Source: Bacillota bacterium (GTDB lineage: Bacteria; Bacillota; Desulfitobacteriia; Desulfitobacteriales; JAJXUE01). From it: 63,667 nucleotides of DNA. The position numbers and the translations under genes are program-made. Position 1 is the first letter of the stretch. Each line of letters starts with the position of its first letter. Below are positions 46,366-59,304 of this stretch, piece by piece. The stretch spans positions 1-63,667 of the forward strand of contig JAJZPO010000005.1 in assembly GCA_021811155.1 (NCBI GenBank). The letters are read 5' to 3'. The notes under the pieces are model-generated. The model did not search any database. It saw nothing but the letters and a program-made list of their open reading frames with translations, and was not told the DNA's origin.

Positions 46366-46469
46366 TTAATTCTTGCACCCCCAAATGGTTTTTAAAAAGC
46401 GATCTAACCTCGGGGAGGTTGAACCCCAGTTCAACCAGCCGCGCTCCCCGTATGATTAGCAGGAAACTC

Positions 46470-46583
46470 TCAGCCTTGTTTTTGTTTGTGCTTGGGATTT
46501 TCGCAAATCACCATTACTTTCCCGTGACGCTTAATGATTTTGCATTTTTCGCATATGGGCTTCACAGAAGGCCTTACTTTCAC
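46470..46583 (-). CDS. rpmJ: 50S ribosomal protein L36 (zinc form)
   Basis: Too short for the ORF track. The minus strand from GTG 46583 (AAGGAGGA RBS) translates to [37 protein letters not shown] followed by TGA. Confidence 0.93.
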   Translation of the reverse strand: MKVRPSVKPICEKCKIIKRHGKVMVICENPKHKQKQG

Positions 46584-46604
46584 TTAGGTATCCTCCTTAA
46601 AACC

Positions 46605-46823
46605 TTACTTAAAGCGGTAAACTATCCGTCCGCGGGTCAAATCATAGGGGGATAACTCAACGGTTACCCTGTCACCTGGCAGAATGCGAATAAAATTCAT
46701 CCGGATCTTGCCGGAAACATGAGCCAACACTTTGTGGCCGTTTTCCAGTTCCACCCGAAACATCCCGTTCGGCAGAGGTTCTATGACCTTACCCTCTACT
46801 TCAATTGCGTCCTGTTTGGCCAT
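46605..46823 (-). CDS. infA: translation initiation factor IF-1
   Basis: [51 protein letters not shown]. Confidence 0.97.
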   Translation of the reverse strand: MAKQDAIEVEGKVIEPLPNGMFRVELENGHKVLAHVSGKIRMNFIRILPGDRVTVELSPYDLTRGRIVYRFK

Positions 46824-47125
46824 GGGTCGAACCCTCCTCCAGCAGTCGAATCACTTTCAACGGGCTCTGCGCCCAGTAGGGTTTCAATGGCAGAAGCCAC
46901 CTTGGAATTTGTCCATGTGCCTGCATTGGCGGTCAGTTCATGGGCCACCAGGTCCAAGCCCCGCAGGTGCTTTTTCTTCTTGCGCTTAGGTCGCTCAACC
47001 TTGCGCAAGCTTCCGTCCACAAGGCTGACATAACCGTCGTCAAATACCTGATAAACCAGGAAGTAACGCCCTTGGTCCCGTCCTGCCCGCGAGAGAACCA
47101 GTTGGCCCGAAATCAGTTCTCCCAT
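46796..47125 (-). CDS. KOW-domain small RNA-binding protein (YbzG-like)
   Basis: [24 protein letters not shown], followed by a lysine-rich [12 protein letters not shown] stretch. Same map-x-infA position as B. subtilis ybzG. ATG 47125 has GGGAGG upstream. The 3' end overlaps infA by 28 nt. Confidence 0.65.
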   Translation of the reverse strand: MGELISGQLVLSRAGRDQGRYFLVYQVFDDGYVSLVDGSLRKVERPKRKKKKHLRGLDLVAHELTANAGTWTNSKVASAIETLLGAEPVESDSTAGGGFDPWPNRTQLK

Positions 47126-47160
47126 ATGTGCACCTCCCACTATTCATACAATAACGGTCC

Positions 47161-48566
<1,406 letters not shown>

Positions 48567-48574
48567 TCAAGCAA

Positions 48575-49864
48575 TTATTTCATAAAGCCTTGATAATGGC
48601 GCATCAGCAGGTGGGATTCAAGCTGCTTCATGGTTTCCAGCGCCACGCCGACCACAATCAGCAAAGAAGTCCCGCCAAAATAGATGTTTTTAAATCCTGT
48701 CAGCCCGATTACGATGCTGGGCAGTACTGCTATCAATGCCAGAAATACAGCTCCGGCCATGGTAATCCTGCTCAAGACTTTGCTGATATACTCCGCAGTC
48801 GGCCTGCCGGGTCTAAGCCCCGGGATAAACCCGCCATACTTCTTGATATTGTCAGCCACATCAATCGGGTTGAAGGTGATACCGGTGTAGAAGTACGTGA
48901 AAAGAATAATCATCATCGCATAGACAAGCAGATAAGGGATGGACTGCCAGGTTCCGTTCATCTGAAACCAGGTTTGAACGAAATTAGCAAACCATGAACC
49001 GCGGAACCAGGTGGAAATTTGCTGGGGAAAAGCCAGAATCGAGATAGCAAAGATTACGGGTATCACGCCGGCCTGGTTAACCTTCATAGGGATGTGCGTG
49101 CTTTGGCCTCCGTAGACCTTACGTCCTACCACCCGCTTGGCATACTGGACCGGGATTCTCCTTTGCCCTTCCTGAATGTAAACTATGGCGGCGATAACCA
49201 GTACCGCAATTACGATCAGGACCAGCAAAGAAAGAATATTGGCCTCACCGGCCTGTACCAGCTGCAGAATGTATTTCAAGCCATCGGGTACCCGGGACAC
49301 AATCCCGGCGAAGATGATCAGCGAAATGCCGTTGCCAATGCCCCGTTCGGTAATCATCTCTCCCAGCCACATCAGGAAGGCTGTTCCGGCGGTCAACACC
49401 AGCGAAATCAACAGGATAACGGGCCACTTGTAACCAGGCGCCGGCAGGGCCAGGGTTGGCTGGAGCAAGCCGATGGACAAACCCAAGGCCTGAATAAACC
49501 CTAAGACCACAGTACCGTAGCGGATATATTGGGTAATCTTTTTGCGCCCTTCATCGCCCTCTTTGGCCAGTTGCTGCAGACTGGGTATTACTACCTGCAG
49601 GAGCTGCATGATAATTGAAGCGTTGATGTAAGGGGCAATACTCATGGCGAAAACAGTAAAACTCTTAAAAGCTCCGCCGGAGATAGCATCGAAGAACTGT
49701 ACCAGCGTGCCTTCGCCAATCAGCTGCAGCAGTTTGGTCCGGTCAATGAATGGGACGGGAATATGGGCGCCGATTCGGAAAACCAGAAACATTAGCAGGG
49801 TAAAGAGAATCTTTTTTCTGAGGTCCGCGACTTTCCAAGCGCTTTTCAAGGAGTCGACGATCAT
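48575..49864 (-). CDS. secY: preprotein translocase subunit SecY
   Basis: 429 aa, 10 TM helices, conserved position between rplO and adk. Confidence 0.97.
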   Translation of the reverse strand: MIVDSLKSAWKVADLRKKILFTLLMFLVFRIGAHIPVPFIDRTKLLQLIGEGTLVQFFDAISGGAFKSFTVFAMSIAPYINASIIMQLLQVVIPSLQQLAKEGDEGRKKITQYIRYGTVVLGFIQALGLSIGLLQPTLALPAPGYKWPVILLISLVLTAGTAFLMWLGEMITERGIGNGISLIIFAGIVSRVPDGLKYILQLVQAGEANILSLLVLIVIAVLVIAAIVYIQEGQRRIPVQYAKRVVGRKVYGGQSTHIPMKVNQAGVIPVIFAISILAFPQQISTWFRGSWFANFVQTWFQMNGTWQSIPYLLVYAMMIILFTYFYTGITFNPIDVADNIKKYGGFIPGLRPGRPTAEYISKVLSRITMAGAVFLALIAVLPSIVIGLTGFKNIYFGGTSLLIVVGVALETMKQLESHLLMRHYQGFMK

Positions 49865-49866
49865 GA

Positions 49867-50307
49867 TTAGATCACCTCAACTTTTCCACCGGCGGCAACT
49901 ATTTTTTCTGCCGCCGACCGGCTAACACTGTTTACTTTAACGGTCAGCGCTTTGGTCAATTCTCCTGTGCCTAAGATTTTCACGCCGTCTTTAAAGGACT
50001 TGATTACTCCGGCAGCCAACAGGGTATCCGCAGTTACTTCGGCGCCGGCGTCGAATATCTCCAGCCTGTCAAGGTTGACAATGCTATATTCCTTCTTGAG
50101 CGGATTTCTGAAACCACGTTTCGGCATCCTGCGGGCCAGAGGTTGCTGCCCTCCCTCAAAACCAGGGCGTACTCCCCCGCCGGACCGGGCTTTTTGCCCC
50201 TTGTGGCCTTTACCGGCGGTTTTGCCCAGTCCTGAGCCAATGCCGCGGCCTTTGCGCTTCGGTTCCTGACGAGAACCGGGAGCAGGTTGGAGTTCGTGCA
50301 ATCTCAT
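49867..50307 (-). CDS. rplO: 50S ribosomal protein L15
   Basis: [43 protein letters not shown]. Confidence 0.97.
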   Translation of the reverse strand: MRLHELQPAPGSRQEPKRKGRGIGSGLGKTAGKGHKGQKARSGGGVRPGFEGGQQPLARRMPKRGFRNPLKKEYSIVNLDRLEIFDAGAEVTADTLLAAGVIKSFKDGVKILGTGELTKALTVKVNSVSRSAAEKIVAAGGKVEVI

Positions 50308-50339
50308 TGTGCTTTAACACCTCCCTTAAAAACAGAGTT

Positions 50340-50522
50340 TTATCCGTTGATTTCTTCTACGGCTACCAGATGGCTCACCTTGCGAATCATGCCCCGAATT
50401 GCGGGGTTATCGGTATGAACGGCAGAGCTGTTCAGCTTATTGAGGCCCAGGGCCCGGACAGTCGCCCGTTGGTCTTGGGTTTTGCCGTTTAAACTTTTTA
50501 CCAGGGTCACTTTAATGTTCAC
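50340..50522 (-). CDS. rpmD: 50S ribosomal protein L30
   Basis: [27 protein letters not shown]. Confidence 0.95.
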   Translation of the reverse strand: MNIKVTLVKSLNGKTQDQRATVRALGLNKLNSSAVHTDNPAIRGMIRKVSHLVAVEEING

Positions 50523-50540
50523 GGCTCTAAACCTCCTATC

Positions 50541-51041
50541 CTAGCCCATAATTTCTTCAATAGCCTTGCCGCGCAGCTTTGCTACATCTTCAGCCCGCTT
50601 AAGAGCCTTCAAACCCGCCATAGTGGCATTCACCATGTTGTGGGCGTTGGCAGAACCCAGGGATTTGGTTAGAATATCGTGGACACCGGCAGCTTCCAGG
50701 ATTGCCCGTACCGCCCCGCCGGCAATGACACCGGTACCACGGGCAGCCGGTTTGAGCAGGACCTTGCCGGCGCCGAAGATGCCAAGGACTTCGTGGGGAA
50801 TGGTCGTTCCCACCAGGGGAACATCGATCATATTCTTTTTAGCATCCTCCACACCTTTGCGAATCGCCTCAGGTACTTCAGTAGCTTTACCCAAGCCGAA
50901 GCCAACCCGGCCCTTGCCGTCGCCCACAACAACCAGAGCGCTGAAGCTAAAACGACGGCCGCCCTTGACCACTTTGGCGACACGATTGATATGAACTATT
51001 TTTTCAACCAACTCGGATTTGCTTTCCGCGAAATGCGCCAC
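50541..51041 (-). CDS. rpsE: 30S ribosomal protein S5
   Basis: [24 protein letters not shown]. Confidence 0.97.
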   Translation of the reverse strand: MAHFAESKSELVEKIVHINRVAKVVKGGRRFSFSALVVVGDGKGRVGFGLGKATEVPEAIRKGVEDAKKNMIDVPLVGTTIPHEVLGIFGAGKVLLKPAARGTGVIAGGAVRAILEAAGVHDILTKSLGSANAHNMVNATMAGLKALKRAEDVAKLRGKAIEEIMG

Positions 51042-51058
51042 TTTTTTACCTCCTTCTC

Positions 51059-51424
51059 TTAAAACTCCAGGCCTGCTTGCCGGGCTGCTTCGGCCAGAGC
51101 CGCAACTCTGCCATGGTAGATATTGCCCCCGCGATCAAAGGAAACCCGGGTAATGCCTTTTTCCACAGCCTTTTTGGCCAGGAGGTCGCCCACGGCCTTG
51201 GCGCCTTCGACATTGCCTCCGTCCACCTGATCTTTCAAGGCTGGCTCAAGAGAAGAAGCAGCAACCAGGGTGACACCCTGAACATCGTCGATAATCTGGG
51301 CGTAAATGTGTTTTAAGCTGCGGAATACGCTTAAACGCGGGCGTTCCGTGGTGCCGAATACATGTTTCCTTACCCGCAGGTGCCTTTTCTTGCGCACTTC
51401 CCTGCGGTCCTGCCGCTTAATCAA
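51059..51424 (-). CDS. rplR: 50S ribosomal protein L18
   Basis: [39 protein letters not shown] start. Confidence 0.96.
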   Translation of the reverse strand: MIKRQDRREVRKKRHLRVRKHVFGTTERPRLSVFRSLKHIYAQIIDDVQGVTLVAASSLEPALKDQVDGGNVEGAKAVGDLLAKKAVEKGITRVSFDRGGNIYHGRVAALAEAARQAGLEF

Positions 51425-51484
51425 CAGCCTTCAACTCCTTTCAGTTGACTGCAAGAGATTTTGCCCTTGCTCTTAGTGTCCGGT

Positions 51485-52039
51485 TTATTTCTTGCCACCT
51501 TTTTTGCCGCCGGTCTTACCGACTTTGCGGCGGACAATCTCACCCTCGTACTTTATGCCCTTGCCTTTATAGGGCTCGGGCTCTCTGACTGAGCGGATGT
51601 TGGCGGCCAGAGCTCCTACTTTTTCCTTATCCGCGCCCTTAACTATGATTTTGGTAGGGGCGGGAACTTCAATCTCCAAACCTTCACCGGGCTGAATCTC
51701 GACGGGATGGGATTTCCCCACTGTCAAAACCAGTTTCGTGCCTTGTTTTGCCGCCCTGTAGCCAACCCCGACCAAATCCAGGCCCTTTGCAAAACCCTGG
51801 CTGACGCCAAACACCATGTTAGCGAGCAGTGTACGGGTTAGGCCGTGCAGGGAGCGGTGCAGGGGCTCGTCACTGGGACGGGTAACAACTATTTGATTTT
51901 CTGCAATATTTATACTCATGTCTTTATGAAACTCTTTGGTTAAAGTCCCCTTAGGGCCTTTAACGCTAACGGCATTGCCTTCAATTTTAACCTCTACCCC
52001 CTGGGGAATCCCAATGGGCAATTTACCAATTCTGGACAT
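51485..52039 (-). CDS. rplF: 50S ribosomal protein L6
   Basis: [17 protein letters not shown] from ATG 52039, with GGAGGTG RBS. Confidence 0.96.
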   Translation of the reverse strand: MSRIGKLPIGIPQGVEVKIEGNAVSVKGPKGTLTKEFHKDMSINIAENQIVVTRPSDEPLHRSLHGLTRTLLANMVFGVSQGFAKGLDLVGVGYRAAKQGTKLVLTVGKSHPVEIQPGEGLEIEVPAPTKIIVKGADKEKVGALAANIRSVREPEPYKGKGIKYEGEIVRRKVGKTGGKKGGKK

Positions 52040-52061
52040 TCGCTGCACCTCCTATCTGGGA

Positions 52062-52460
52062 TTACCAGATGTAGCAAATCACTTCTCCGCCCAGGCCTTC
52101 TTTGCGGGCGCGCTTGTCGGACATTATCCCCTTGGAAGTGGAAATCACGGCAATACCCAGACCGCCCAGGACCTTGGGAACTTCGTCTTTCTTGGCATAA
52201 ACCCTGAGACCGGGTTTGCTGATCCGCTTCAGGCCGCTGATGACCTTTTCGCGGTTGGGCCCGTACTTCAGGTACAGGCGCAGAACACCTTGTTTGCCGT
52301 CTTGAATGAATTCGACGTCTTTCAAAAAGCCTTCGGCTTTAAATATCTCAGCGAGATCCCGCTTGATTCGGGAAGCAGGAACTTCCACTTTTTCATGGTA
52401 TACGGTGTTGGCATTCCTGATTCTGGTCAACAGGTCTGCGATGGGATCTGTCATAACCAT
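52062..52460 (-). CDS. rpsH: 30S ribosomal protein S8
   Basis: [17 protein letters not shown]. Confidence 0.97.
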   Translation of the reverse strand: MVMTDPIADLLTRIRNANTVYHEKVEVPASRIKRDLAEIFKAEGFLKDVEFIQDGKQGVLRLYLKYGPNREKVISGLKRISKPGLRVYAKKDEVPKVLGGLGIAVISTSKGIMSDKRARKEGLGGEVICYIW

Positions 52461-52489
52461 CGTTTGTCTTCCCCCTTCCGATAGTGTTT

Positions 52490-52672
52490 TTACCAGCTGG
52501 CCTTGGTGACCCCTGGAATTTCTCCTTTATAGGCCAGGTGCCGGAAACAAATACGACATATTCCGAACTTCCTCATATAGGCGTGGGGGCGACCGCAAAG
52601 CTTGCACCTGTTGTGGGCCCGCACCGAATACTTTGGCCTGGACGCCTTGACGATCATCGATCTTTTGGCCAC
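52490..52672 (-). CDS. rpsZ: 30S ribosomal protein S14 type Z (zinc form)
   Basis: Short form (60 aa in the ORF track) with [20 protein letters not shown] (CxxC...CxxC). Confidence 0.96.
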   Translation of the reverse strand: MAKRSMIVKASRPKYSVRAHNRCKLCGRPHAYMRKFGICRICFRHLAYKGEIPGVTKASW

Positions 52673-52684
52673 TAATAACCCTCC

Positions 52685-53227
52685 TTACTGTTCACGGAAC
52701 GGCATTCCCATTAATTTCAGCAATTCCCTGGCTTCCTCATCGCTCTTGGCCGTAGTCACAAAAACTACATCCATGCCCCGGAGCTTATCAATCTTGTCAT
52801 ATTCAATCTCCGGGAAAATCAACTGTTCTTTTAAACCCAAGGTGTAATTGCCGCGTCCGTCAAAGGCTTTGGGCGATACGCCGCGGAAGTCCCTTACCCG
52901 GGGCAGGGCCACATTAAACAGCTTATCTATAAATTCATACATCCGTTCCCCGCGCAGGGTGACCTTGGTGCCAATTGCCATGCCTTCTCTCAATTTGAAC
53001 GCTGCAATTGACTTTTTGGCCCGGGTGACAACCGGCTTTTGACCGGAGATTTTCGTCAAGTCTGTAACCGCGGCGTCCATGGCCTTAGGATTGCCAATGG
53101 CCTCGCCAACACCCATATTGACTACAACCTTTTCAATTTTGGGTGTCTGCATAACGTTCTGATAGTTAAACTTCTGCAGCAGAGCAGGAGCTACTTCTTT
53201 CTGATACTTTTCCTTTAGCCTTGCCAT
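52685..53227 (-). CDS. rplE: 50S ribosomal protein L5
   Basis: [43 protein letters not shown]. Confidence 0.97.
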   Translation of the reverse strand: MARLKEKYQKEVAPALLQKFNYQNVMQTPKIEKVVVNMGVGEAIGNPKAMDAAVTDLTKISGQKPVVTRAKKSIAAFKLREGMAIGTKVTLRGERMYEFIDKLFNVALPRVRDFRGVSPKAFDGRGNYTLGLKEQLIFPEIEYDKIDKLRGMDVVFVTTAKSDEEARELLKLMGMPFREQ

Positions 53228-53246
53228 AGTTGACCCCCCTTCCTAA

Positions 53247-53579
53247 TTATTTGTCCTGAACTTCACCGCAGTGCTTGCAAACCCGGACGAACTTTCCGTC
53301 CAATTCCTTGTGTCCGACCCGCGTAGGAGCATTGCACTTTTCACAGTAAAGCATGACGTTGGAGCTGGCTATGGGCGCCTCTTTTTCCTGAATTCCGCCT
53401 TGGGGCAGTTTCTGGCTGGGCTTCGCATGCTTCTTTACGATATTGACTTTCTCAACCACAACCCGTCCCGTTTTCGGAATTACTTCCAGGACTTTGCCCT
53501 TGGTACCTGCGTTTTTGCCGCTGATAACCATAACCATATCGCCTTTTCTGACGTGTATCTTCTGGCGTGGAGCTGCCAA
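53247..53579 (-). CDS. rplX: 50S ribosomal protein L24 (with a CxxC...CxxC C-terminal cluster)
   Basis: [27 protein letters not shown] motif. Start at TTG 53579, after GAGGTG. The longest ORF starts at 53612. Confidence 0.93.
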   Translation of the reverse strand: MAAPRQKIHVRKGDMVMVISGKNAGTKGKVLEVIPKTGRVVVEKVNIVKKHAKPSQKLPQGGIQEKEAPIASSNVMLYCEKCNAPTRVGHKELDGKFVRVCKHCGEVQDK

Positions 53580-53620
53580 ATTGTTCACCTCCAAAAGTTC
53601 GTAGTTCCTCACTGCTGTGG

Positions 53621-53989
53621 TTACAAAACCTCCGGTGCAAGTGAGACAATCTTCATAAAGTCCTTCTCGCGCAGTTCCCGGGCCACAGGCCCAAAGATCC
53701 TGGTTCCCCTGGGACTTTTATCATCCCTGATAATTACGGCAGCATTTTCACTGAAGCGGATGTAAGACCCGTCAGGCCGTTTTACTTCTTTTCTGGTCCG
53801 GACCACTACAGCTTTCACCACATCGCCCTTCTTAACAACGCCCCCTGGTGTTGCCTCTTTCACAGCAGCGATGATGATATCGCCAATACCGGCGTATCTG
53901 CGAAATGAACCACCCAAGACGCGGATGCACATCAGCTTCTTGGCCCCGGTGTTATCGCCTACTTTAAGGATTGTCTGTGCCTGAATCAC
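53621..53989 (-). CDS. rplN: 50S ribosomal protein L14
   Basis: [27 protein letters not shown]. Confidence 0.97.
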   Translation of the reverse strand: MIQAQTILKVGDNTGAKKLMCIRVLGGSFRRYAGIGDIIIAAVKEATPGGVVKKGDVVKAVVVRTRKEVKRPDGSYIRFSENAAVIIRDDKSPRGTRIFGPVARELREKDFMKIVSLAPEVL

Positions 53990-54014
53990 GGCTTATACCC
54001 CCTTTCGGTTGTAT

Positions 54015-54275
54015 TTAGAGGACCTCTGCCCTGTCGATAATCTCTATGACCCTCCAGCGCTTGTCTTTGCTCAGGGGACGGGTTTCCATGATGCGCACCC
54101 TGTCGCCGATCCTGCACTGGTTTTCCTGGTCATGAGCCTTAAATTTCTTGGTCTGCGTTACCGTCCGTTTGTAAATAGGATGACTGATAGTCATTTCGAC
54201 AGCCACCACTACAGTCTTATCCATTTTATCGCTAACTACCCGGCCAACCCGGGTCTTACGCAGCGCTCTCTCCAC
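54015..54275 (-). CDS. rpsQ: 30S ribosomal protein S17
   Basis: [22 protein letters not shown]. Confidence 0.97.
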   Translation of the reverse strand: MERALRKTRVGRVVSDKMDKTVVVAVEMTISHPIYKRTVTQTKKFKAHDQENQCRIGDRVRIMETRPLSKDKRWRVIEIIDRAEVL

Positions 54276-54296
54276 TGTTCAGACCTCCTTTACCCA

Positions 54297-54500
54297 TTAG
54301 GCGCCCTGGCCTTTAAGTTCCCTTTCGCGCAGGATAGTCTTGCTCTGAGCAATACCGGTGCGGACTTCGCGGATGCGCATCGGATTTTCCAACTGCCCTG
54401 TAGCCAATTGGAAACGCAAATTAAACAACTCTTCCTTCAACTCGTCAACCTTGCGGGCCAATTCTTCACTGGTCAAGTCACGGAGGTCTTTAGTCTTCAT
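54297..54500 (-). CDS. rpmC: 50S ribosomal protein L29
   Basis: [31 protein letters not shown] from ATG 54500, with GGGAGGTG RBS. Confidence 0.95.
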   Translation of the reverse strand: MKTKDLRDLTSEELARKVDELKEELFNLRFQLATGQLENPMRIREVRTGIAQSKTILRERELKGQGA

Positions 54501-54924
54501 TTGCGTCACCTCCCAATTCTTCGCGCGTAACAAATTTGGTTTTGATAGGAAGCTTGTGGGAAGCCAGGCGCAGCGCCTCGCGGGCTACTTCTTCCGGAAC
54601 GCCTGCAAGTTCAAACATAATCCTCCCGGGCTTGACGACAGCGACCCAGTATTCAGGCGCGCCTTTGCCGCTTCCCATCCTTGTCTCAGCCGGCTTTGCA
54701 GTGATGGGTTTATCCGGAAAAATCTTAATCCACACTTTGCCGCCCCGTTTGATGTAACGGGTCATGGCAATACGGGCGGCTTCAATTTGCCGGTTGGTTA
54801 TCCAGGCGGGTTCCAAAGCTTTCAGACCGTATTCGCCAAAGGTAACGGTATTGCCGCGGCTGGCTGTTCCGGTCAAGCGGCCCCGGTGCTGCTTGCGGTG
54901 CTTAACTCTGGTAGGTATAAGCAT
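54490..54924 (-). CDS. rplP: 50S ribosomal protein L16
   Basis: [19 protein letters not shown]. Confidence 0.97.
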   Translation of the reverse strand: MLIPTRVKHRKQHRGRLTGTASRGNTVTFGEYGLKALEPAWITNRQIEAARIAMTRYIKRGGKVWIKIFPDKPITAKPAETRMGSGKGAPEYWVAVVKPGRIMFELAGVPEEVAREALRLASHKLPIKTKFVTREELGGDANED

Positions 54925-55584
54925 CTATTTTCCTCCTTCCGCCTGCACAGTCTTCCTGGCGGGAAGAACTTCGCCCTTATAGATCCAAACTTTAACTCCG
55001 ATCTTGCCATAGGTTGTATTGGCCTCGGCAAAACCATAGTCGATATCAGCCCTGAGTGTATGCAGGGGCACTTTTCCCTCATTATACCATTCGGTACGGG
55101 CGATTTCGGCGCCGCCCAAGCGGCCGGCACACATAATCTTAATCCCCTCGGCCCCCAGCCGCATGGTCCGTCCTACAGCCTGCTTCATGGCACGGCGGAA
55201 GGAAATGCGTTTTTCCAGTTGGGCTGCTACACCTTCAGCCACCAATTGAGCATCCAGTTCTGGCTTTTTGATCTCAACTATGTTGACGTTAACCTGCTTG
55301 CCGGTCATTTTCTCCAGGGTTTTACGCAGGTTATCAACTTCTGAGCCGCCGCGGCCGATGACAATACCCGGTTTGGCGGTATGAATCGAGATTTTAATCC
55401 GGTTCGCGGCACGTTCGATCTCGACCTTGGGAACTCCGGCGGCAAAAAGTTTCCGCTTGATAAACTTGCGAAGCTTTATATCTTCATGCAGCATTTCAGC
55501 ATAATTCTTTTCGGAAAACCAACGGCTTTCCCAGTCTCGGATGATGCCGACCCTCAGCCCTTTGGGATTAACCTTTTGACCCAC
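54925..55584 (-). CDS. rpsC: 30S ribosomal protein S3
   Basis: [26 protein letters not shown] start. Confidence 0.97.
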   Translation of the reverse strand: MGQKVNPKGLRVGIIRDWESRWFSEKNYAEMLHEDIKLRKFIKRKLFAAGVPKVEIERAANRIKISIHTAKPGIVIGRGGSEVDNLRKTLEKMTGKQVNVNIVEIKKPELDAQLVAEGVAAQLEKRISFRRAMKQAVGRTMRLGAEGIKIMCAGRLGGAEIARTEWYNEGKVPLHTLRADIDYGFAEANTTYGKIGVKVWIYKGEVLPARKTVQAEGGK

Positions 55585-55587
55585 CGC

Positions 55588-55929
55588 TTATCCCTCCTTT
55601 TTCTCACTTACTACTACGGTAATGTGGCTGCTCCGCTTGCGGATAACGTCGGCCCGGCCCATGGCCCGAGGCCTGAACCGCTTCATTGTCGGGCCCTGGT
55701 CAACAAAAACTTCTTTGACTACCAAGTCTTCGGCAGTCATTTCGTAATTGTGTTCGGCGTTAGCCACGGCTGACTTAAGCGCCTTCTCCACCGCTGCAGC
55801 TGACAAGTTGGGCGTAAACTTCAGGATGGCAAACGCCTCTCCAACCCCTTTGCCGCGAATCAGGTCAACAACCTGCCGCACTTTCCGGGGGGAGATGCGA
55901 ATGTATTTGGCAACAGCTTTAGCTTGCAT
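55588..55929 (-). CDS. rplV: 50S ribosomal protein L22
   Basis: [27 protein letters not shown]. Confidence 0.97.
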   Translation of the reverse strand: MQAKAVAKYIRISPRKVRQVVDLIRGKGVGEAFAILKFTPNLSAAAVEKALKSAVANAEHNYEMTAEDLVVKEVFVDQGPTMKRFRPRAMGRADVIRKRSSHITVVVSEKKEG

Positions 55930-55946
55930 CGTCGATTCCCCCTTTC

Positions 55947-56225
55947 CTAGCGCAGGCCGCTGGATTTGTCGCCGGCATGGCCTTTAAAGACTCGAGTGGG
56001 AGCAAATTCACCTAGTTTATGGCCTACCATGTCCTCGCTGATATAGACCGGGACATGTTTTCTGCCGTCATGCACAGCAATGGTATGGCCTACCATCTGC
56101 GGGAAGATAGTGGATCTCCTGGACCAGGTTTTAACCACTCTTTTATCGTTTTTCGCATTCATCACTTCAATGCGCTCGAACAGGCTGGCTTCCACGTATG
56201 GACCCTTTTTGAGCGATCTGCCCAT
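55947..56225 (-). CDS. rpsS: 30S ribosomal protein S19
   Basis: [15 protein letters not shown] from ATG 56225. The longest ORF starts at 56243. Confidence 0.96.
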   Translation of the reverse strand: MGRSLKKGPYVEASLFERIEVMNAKNDKRVVKTWSRRSTIFPQMVGHTIAVHDGRKHVPVYISEDMVGHKLGEFAPTRVFKGHAGDKSSGLR

Positions 56226-56264
56226 GATTTGGCCTCCCTTCAACCAAATGAGGTAAGTTAGCGC

Positions 56265-57092
56265 TTACTTACTGCGCCGTTTCACAATAAAGCGGTCACT
56301 GGGATTCTTTTTCTTACGGGTCTTGGCTCCCAGAGCTGGTTTGCCCCACGGCGTAACCGGATTGCGGCCGATAGGATTGCGTCCTTCGCCGCCGCCATGC
56401 GGGTGGTCATTCGGGTTCATCACGGAACCGCGCACTGTTGGCCTGATGCCCAGCCATCTGGAACGGCCGGCTTTGCCAATGTTAATATTCTCGTGTTCCA
56501 GGTTCCCCACCTGCCCGATGGTTGCCCGGCACAGAATATGCACTTGTCTCATCTCACCGGAAGGCAGCCGCAGGGTCGCATAGTTTCCTTCTTTAGCCAT
56601 GAGTTGGGCTGACCCACCTGCCGACCTGACAATTTGCGCCCCTTTGCCCGGTTTCATTTCGATATTGTGGATTACAGTACCTACAGGAATGTTCTTCAAT
56701 GGCATGGCATTGCCAACTTTAATGTCGGAACCCGCGCCGGAAAAAATATTGTCCCCGACTTTCAGCCCCTGGGGAGCTAGAATGTATCTCATTTCCCCGT
56801 CCATATACTTGATGAGAGCAATATTGGCTGAACGGTTAGGATCATATTCTATGGTCGCAACCCTGCCCGGCACGCCATCTTTGTCACGCTTAAAATCAAT
56901 AATCCTGTACTTGCGTTTGTGGCCGCCGCCCTGATGCCTGACGCTGATCCTTCCCTGATTATTGCGTCCTCCCTTGCGTTTCAGGGGGGCCAGCAGTGAA
57001 CGTTCAGGTTGGTCAACTGTAATCTCTTCGAAGGTAGAGACCGTCATTTGTCTTCTGCCTGGTGAAGTAGGCTTAAAAGATTTAACTGGCAT
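56265..57092 (-). CDS. rplB: 50S ribosomal protein L2
   Basis: [18 protein letters not shown]...GGGEGR. Confidence 0.97.
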   Translation of the reverse strand: MPVKSFKPTSPGRRQMTVSTFEEITVDQPERSLLAPLKRKGGRNNQGRISVRHQGGGHKRKYRIIDFKRDKDGVPGRVATIEYDPNRSANIALIKYMDGEMRYILAPQGLKVGDNIFSGAGSDIKVGNAMPLKNIPVGTVIHNIEMKPGKGAQIVRSAGGSAQLMAKEGNYATLRLPSGEMRQVHILCRATIGQVGNLEHENINIGKAGRSRWLGIRPTVRGSVMNPNDHPHGGGEGRNPIGRNPVTPWGKPALGAKTRKKKNPSDRFIVKRRSK

Positions 57093-57124
57093 GAGTTTTC
57101 CCTCCTTTGCTCCTGGTTTTTGCC

Positions 57125-57412
57125 TTACAGGCCTTCGTAAACGGTTATCTTATCACCGGCTCTAAGGGTGACAACAGCCTTTTTCTTATCGCTGGTATAA
57201 CCGGAGTACTTTCCCTGCCGTTTCAGTTTACCCTTGACATGCAGTGTCCGCACGTCAATAACATGTACCTTAAAAATCTCTTCTACGGCCTTCTTGATCT
57301 CAATCTTGTTGGCCTTGGGGTCAACCAAAAAAGTGTATTTGTTCTCTTCCATCATCGCCATGGATTTCTCGGAAACCACCGGGCGCTTCAGAATCTCGCG
57401 AGGATTACGCAT
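57125..57412 (-). CDS. rplW: 50S ribosomal protein L23
   Basis: [25 protein letters not shown]. Confidence 0.96.
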   Translation of the reverse strand: MRNPREILKRPVVSEKSMAMMEENKYTFLVDPKANKIEIKKAVEEIFKVHVIDVRTLHVKGKLKRQGKYSGYTSDKKKAVVTLRAGDKITVYEGL

Positions 57413-58035
57413 TAAGCCAGCACCTCCTCTACTTTGGCCACAGCATCCTTGGTTACAACCAGGGTGTCGTGGTTAAGGATGTCATACACGTTCAGCCCGC
57501 TTACGTCCAAAGCCGCCACACCAGGGATATTCCTGGCTGACTTTTCCACTACGGCATCGCTTTCTCCGGTTACAATCAGCGCTTTATCCGCAATCTTTAA
57601 AACGTCAAGCAGTTCAACTATCTGTTTTGTCTTTGGAGCTTCCAGTCTCAAATCGTCCAGGACAATAAGCTTGCCGCCCTGGGCCTTGGAAGCCAGCGCC
57701 GATTTCAGAGCCAAACGGCGTACTTTCCGGGGTAAAACAAAGTCATAGGAACGGGGTTTAGGGCCAAAAAGAATGGCGCCGCCCCTCCACAAAGGTGAAC
57801 GAATGCTGCCCGCGCGGGCACGGCCGGTACCTTTTTGACGCCAAGGCTTACGCCCGCCGCCGCGCACCTCGCCCCGCAGCTTGGTCGAATGTGTCCCACG
57901 GCGTTGGCTTGCCAACTGCAGCACCACTGCCGAGTGGAGGACCGCTGTGTTAACTTCAATGCCGAAAACTTCAGCTTTCAGTTCAATTTCGCCCACCTGG
58001 GCGCCTTGCATATTGTAAACCGCTACTTTAGGCAT
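57412..58035 (-). CDS. rplD: 50S ribosomal protein L4
   Basis: [19 protein letters not shown]...[16 protein letters not shown]. Confidence 0.97.
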   Translation of the reverse strand: MPKVAVYNMQGAQVGEIELKAEVFGIEVNTAVLHSAVVLQLASQRRGTHSTKLRGEVRGGGRKPWRQKGTGRARAGSIRSPLWRGGAILFGPKPRSYDFVLPRKVRRLALKSALASKAQGGKLIVLDDLRLEAPKTKQIVELLDVLKIADKALIVTGESDAVVEKSARNIPGVAALDVSGLNVYDILNHDTLVVTKDAVAKVEEVLA

Positions 58036-58063
58036 GGTATTTCCTCCTTTCTCGCCAGTCGTG

Positions 58064-58693
58064 TTACTTCGCCTTGACCGACGGCTTAATCATTATCAGT
58101 GCCTTTTTCGGACCAGGTACAGCGCCCTTAATCAAGAGCAGGTTGCGTTCGGCATCTACCCTGACCACTTCAAGGTTTTGTACCGTAACCCTGACCCCCC
58201 CGAGACGACCGGGAAGCAGGCGCCCCTTAAATACCCTGGCCGGGCCTTTCGCGCCTAAAGAACCTGGGCGGCGATGGTACTTGGAGCCGTGTTTCATTGG
58301 TCCGCGGTGAAAGCCGTGGCGCTTAATCCCGCCGGCAAATCCCTTGCCTTTGGACGTGCCCACCACATCTACCTTGTCACCTGTCGAAAATACATCGGCT
58401 TTAATTTCCTGCCCCACCTGGTAATCATCTACATTATCCAGGCGCATCTCTCTAATGAACCGCACGGGGCTGACGTTTGCCTTGGCAAAATGGCCCTTAA
58501 GCGGTTTGTTAACCAGGGACTCGCGTTTGACGTCAAAGCCGACCTGCAGGGCGTTGTAGCCGTCGCTGGCGCCGGTCTTCTTTTGAATCACTGTGCAGGG
58601 ACCTGCCAGCACTACAGTCACCGGGACTACCTGTCCCTTGTCATTAAATATTTGGGTCATACCGACCTTTTTACCCAATATTCCTATAGACAC
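58064..58693 (-). CDS. rplC: 50S ribosomal protein L3
   Basis: [15 protein letters not shown] from GTG 58693, with AGGAGG 8 nt upstream. The longest ORF starts at 58726. Confidence 0.95.
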   Translation of the reverse strand: MSIGILGKKVGMTQIFNDKGQVVPVTVVLAGPCTVIQKKTGASDGYNALQVGFDVKRESLVNKPLKGHFAKANVSPVRFIREMRLDNVDDYQVGQEIKADVFSTGDKVDVVGTSKGKGFAGGIKRHGFHRGPMKHGSKYHRRPGSLGAKGPARVFKGRLLPGRLGGVRVTVQNLEVVRVDAERNLLLIKGAVPGPKKALIMIKPSVKAK

Positions 58694-58828
58694 GATTGCC
58701 ACCTCCTGAACTGCTTTGAAGTGCACTCCTTTGAGGGCACAATAGCGTTCAAATTTTTGAACTCATATACACTTAGCCGGGCGTTTCTTCACACCCGTAC
58801 AAAAAAACACACTGTTGCCCTATTTGGT

Positions 58829-59137
58829 TTAGAGCTTGATTTCTATATCAACTCCTGCGGGCAAATCGAGCCTCATCAGCGCATCCACCGTCTTGGGAGT
58901 CGGATCAATAATGTCAATCAGGCGTTTGTGCGTGCGCATTTCAAATTGCTCGCGGGAATCCTTGTTTACATGGGGAGAACGCAGGATAGTATAAATGCTC
59001 TTCTCTGTCGGGAGAGGCACCGGGCCGGAAACTGACGCGCCGGTCCGTTTCGCTGTGTCAACGATTTTTTCGGCAGACTGGTCCAATGTCTTGTGGTCAA
59101 ATGCTTTAAGCCTGATGCGAATTTTTTGTTTGCTCAA
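58829..59137 (-). CDS. rpsJ: 30S ribosomal protein S10
   Basis: [33 protein letters not shown] start after AAGGAGGG. Confidence 0.97.
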   Translation of the reverse strand: MSKQKIRIRLKAFDHKTLDQSAEKIVDTAKRTGASVSGPVPLPTEKSIYTILRSPHVNKDSREQFEMRTHKRLIDIIDPTPKTVDALMRLDLPAGVDIEIKL

Positions 59138-59261
59138 GATATATTCCCTCCTTAAGTCGCCCGGTTCACTCCGGACTTACTCGGTGAAAATTCCCCGGCT
59201 GGCGCGGGAACATGTGGGTACTGCCACCCGGCAACCTTCCACCTCATCGCTGTTTCCCAGC

Positions 59262-59304
59262 AAAAACAGGGGGAAGTACTGCGACATTCCGCAGTACTTT
59301 TCCC
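59262..59304 (-). terminator. terminator/attenuator hairpin between tuf and the S10 operon
   Basis: The minus strand reads GGAAAAGTACTGCG-gaatgt-CGCAGTACTTCC followed by CCCTGTTTTTGC. Confidence 0.6.

Noticed and set aside
46796-46823. The 28-nt overlap between the KOW-domain gene and infA as evidence that the small ORF is spurious
   Set aside because: The ORF has a good RBS, a recognisable KOW motif and the same map-x-infA position as B. subtilis ybzG. It is kept as a gene at moderate confidence.
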